In this document: one piece after another, positions 5,855-5,974 of the stretch
Layout of the letters: each line of letters starts with the position of its first letter
Numbering within the stretch: the first letter of the stretch is position 1
Source: Octopus sinensis
Lineage: Eukaryota
Length of the DNA stretch: 5,974 nt
NCBI RefSeq assembly: GCF_006345805.1
Contig: NW_021829758.1
Coordinates: 1 to 5,974, forward strand
Direction of reading: 5' to 3'
The notes under the pieces: generated by a model
What the model saw: only the letters and a program-made list of their open reading frames with translations
What the model was told of the DNA's origin: nothing
Databases searched by the model: none
Translations under genes and position numbers: made by a program

Positions 5855-5974
5855 GGCGTAGGAGTGGGTGTGTGGTAAGTAGCTTGCTTACGAACCACAT
5901 GGTTCCGGGTTCAGTCCCACTGCGTGGCATCTTGGGCAAGTGTCTTCTACTATAGCCTCGGGCCAACAAAGCCT
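5855..5974 (+). mobile_element. tRNA-derived SINE, family A, 5' part (runs off the window)
   Basis: GGCGTAGGAG start, A-box-like TGGGTGTGTGG at 5865-5875 and B-box-like GGTTCAGTCCC at 5908-5918. CTTGGGCAAGT at 5931-5941 resembles the conserved central-domain motif of CORE-type SINEs (MIR: ccttgggcaagt). It is homologous to the reverse complement of 2165-2280. Confidence 0.9.

Noticed and set aside
5855-5930. Possible tRNA gene
   Set aside because: It has A/B-box-like motifs, but I could not pair an acceptor stem. The B-box is non-canonical and the sequence continues into a SINE body.
5724-5969. 81-aa minus-strand ORF MLARGYSRRHLPK...
   Set aside because: It is an antisense reading of the SINE head plus (TA)n, a typical spurious prediction.
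1-5974. CRISPR array, prokaryotic operon, autonomous transposon or target-site duplications
   Set aside because: There is no repeat-spacer array, no gene-dense coding, no long ORF, no terminal inverted repeats or LTRs, and no clean TSDs around the SINEs.

Overview
Non-coding, microsatellite-rich eukaryotic DNA with no credible protein-coding exon, RNA gene or prokaryotic system. Roughly a quarter of the window (eye estimate) is simple repeat: (GAT)n, (CA/TG)n and (TA)n. It holds five degenerate copies or fragments of two tRNA-derived SINE families, and homology between copies is visible within the window. Family A: 1887-2280 (-), 5169-5400 (-) and 5855-5974 (+, cut by the window end). Family B: 1122-1405 (+) and 4484-4680 (-). 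From memory, not from a search, these SINEs and the repeat landscape resemble Octopus (coleoid cephalopod) intronic or intergenic DNA. All supplied ORFs are explained by microsatellites, low-complexity sequence or SINEs. The unique spacers carry several motif clusters that could be cis-regulatory: GATA plus Su(H), proneural-type E-boxes plus a TALE site, a MITF/TFE M-box, and tandem PAR-bZIP D-boxes with RUNX sites. These were found by eye, so multiple testing applies. I do not see evidence for a previously undescribed biological system.
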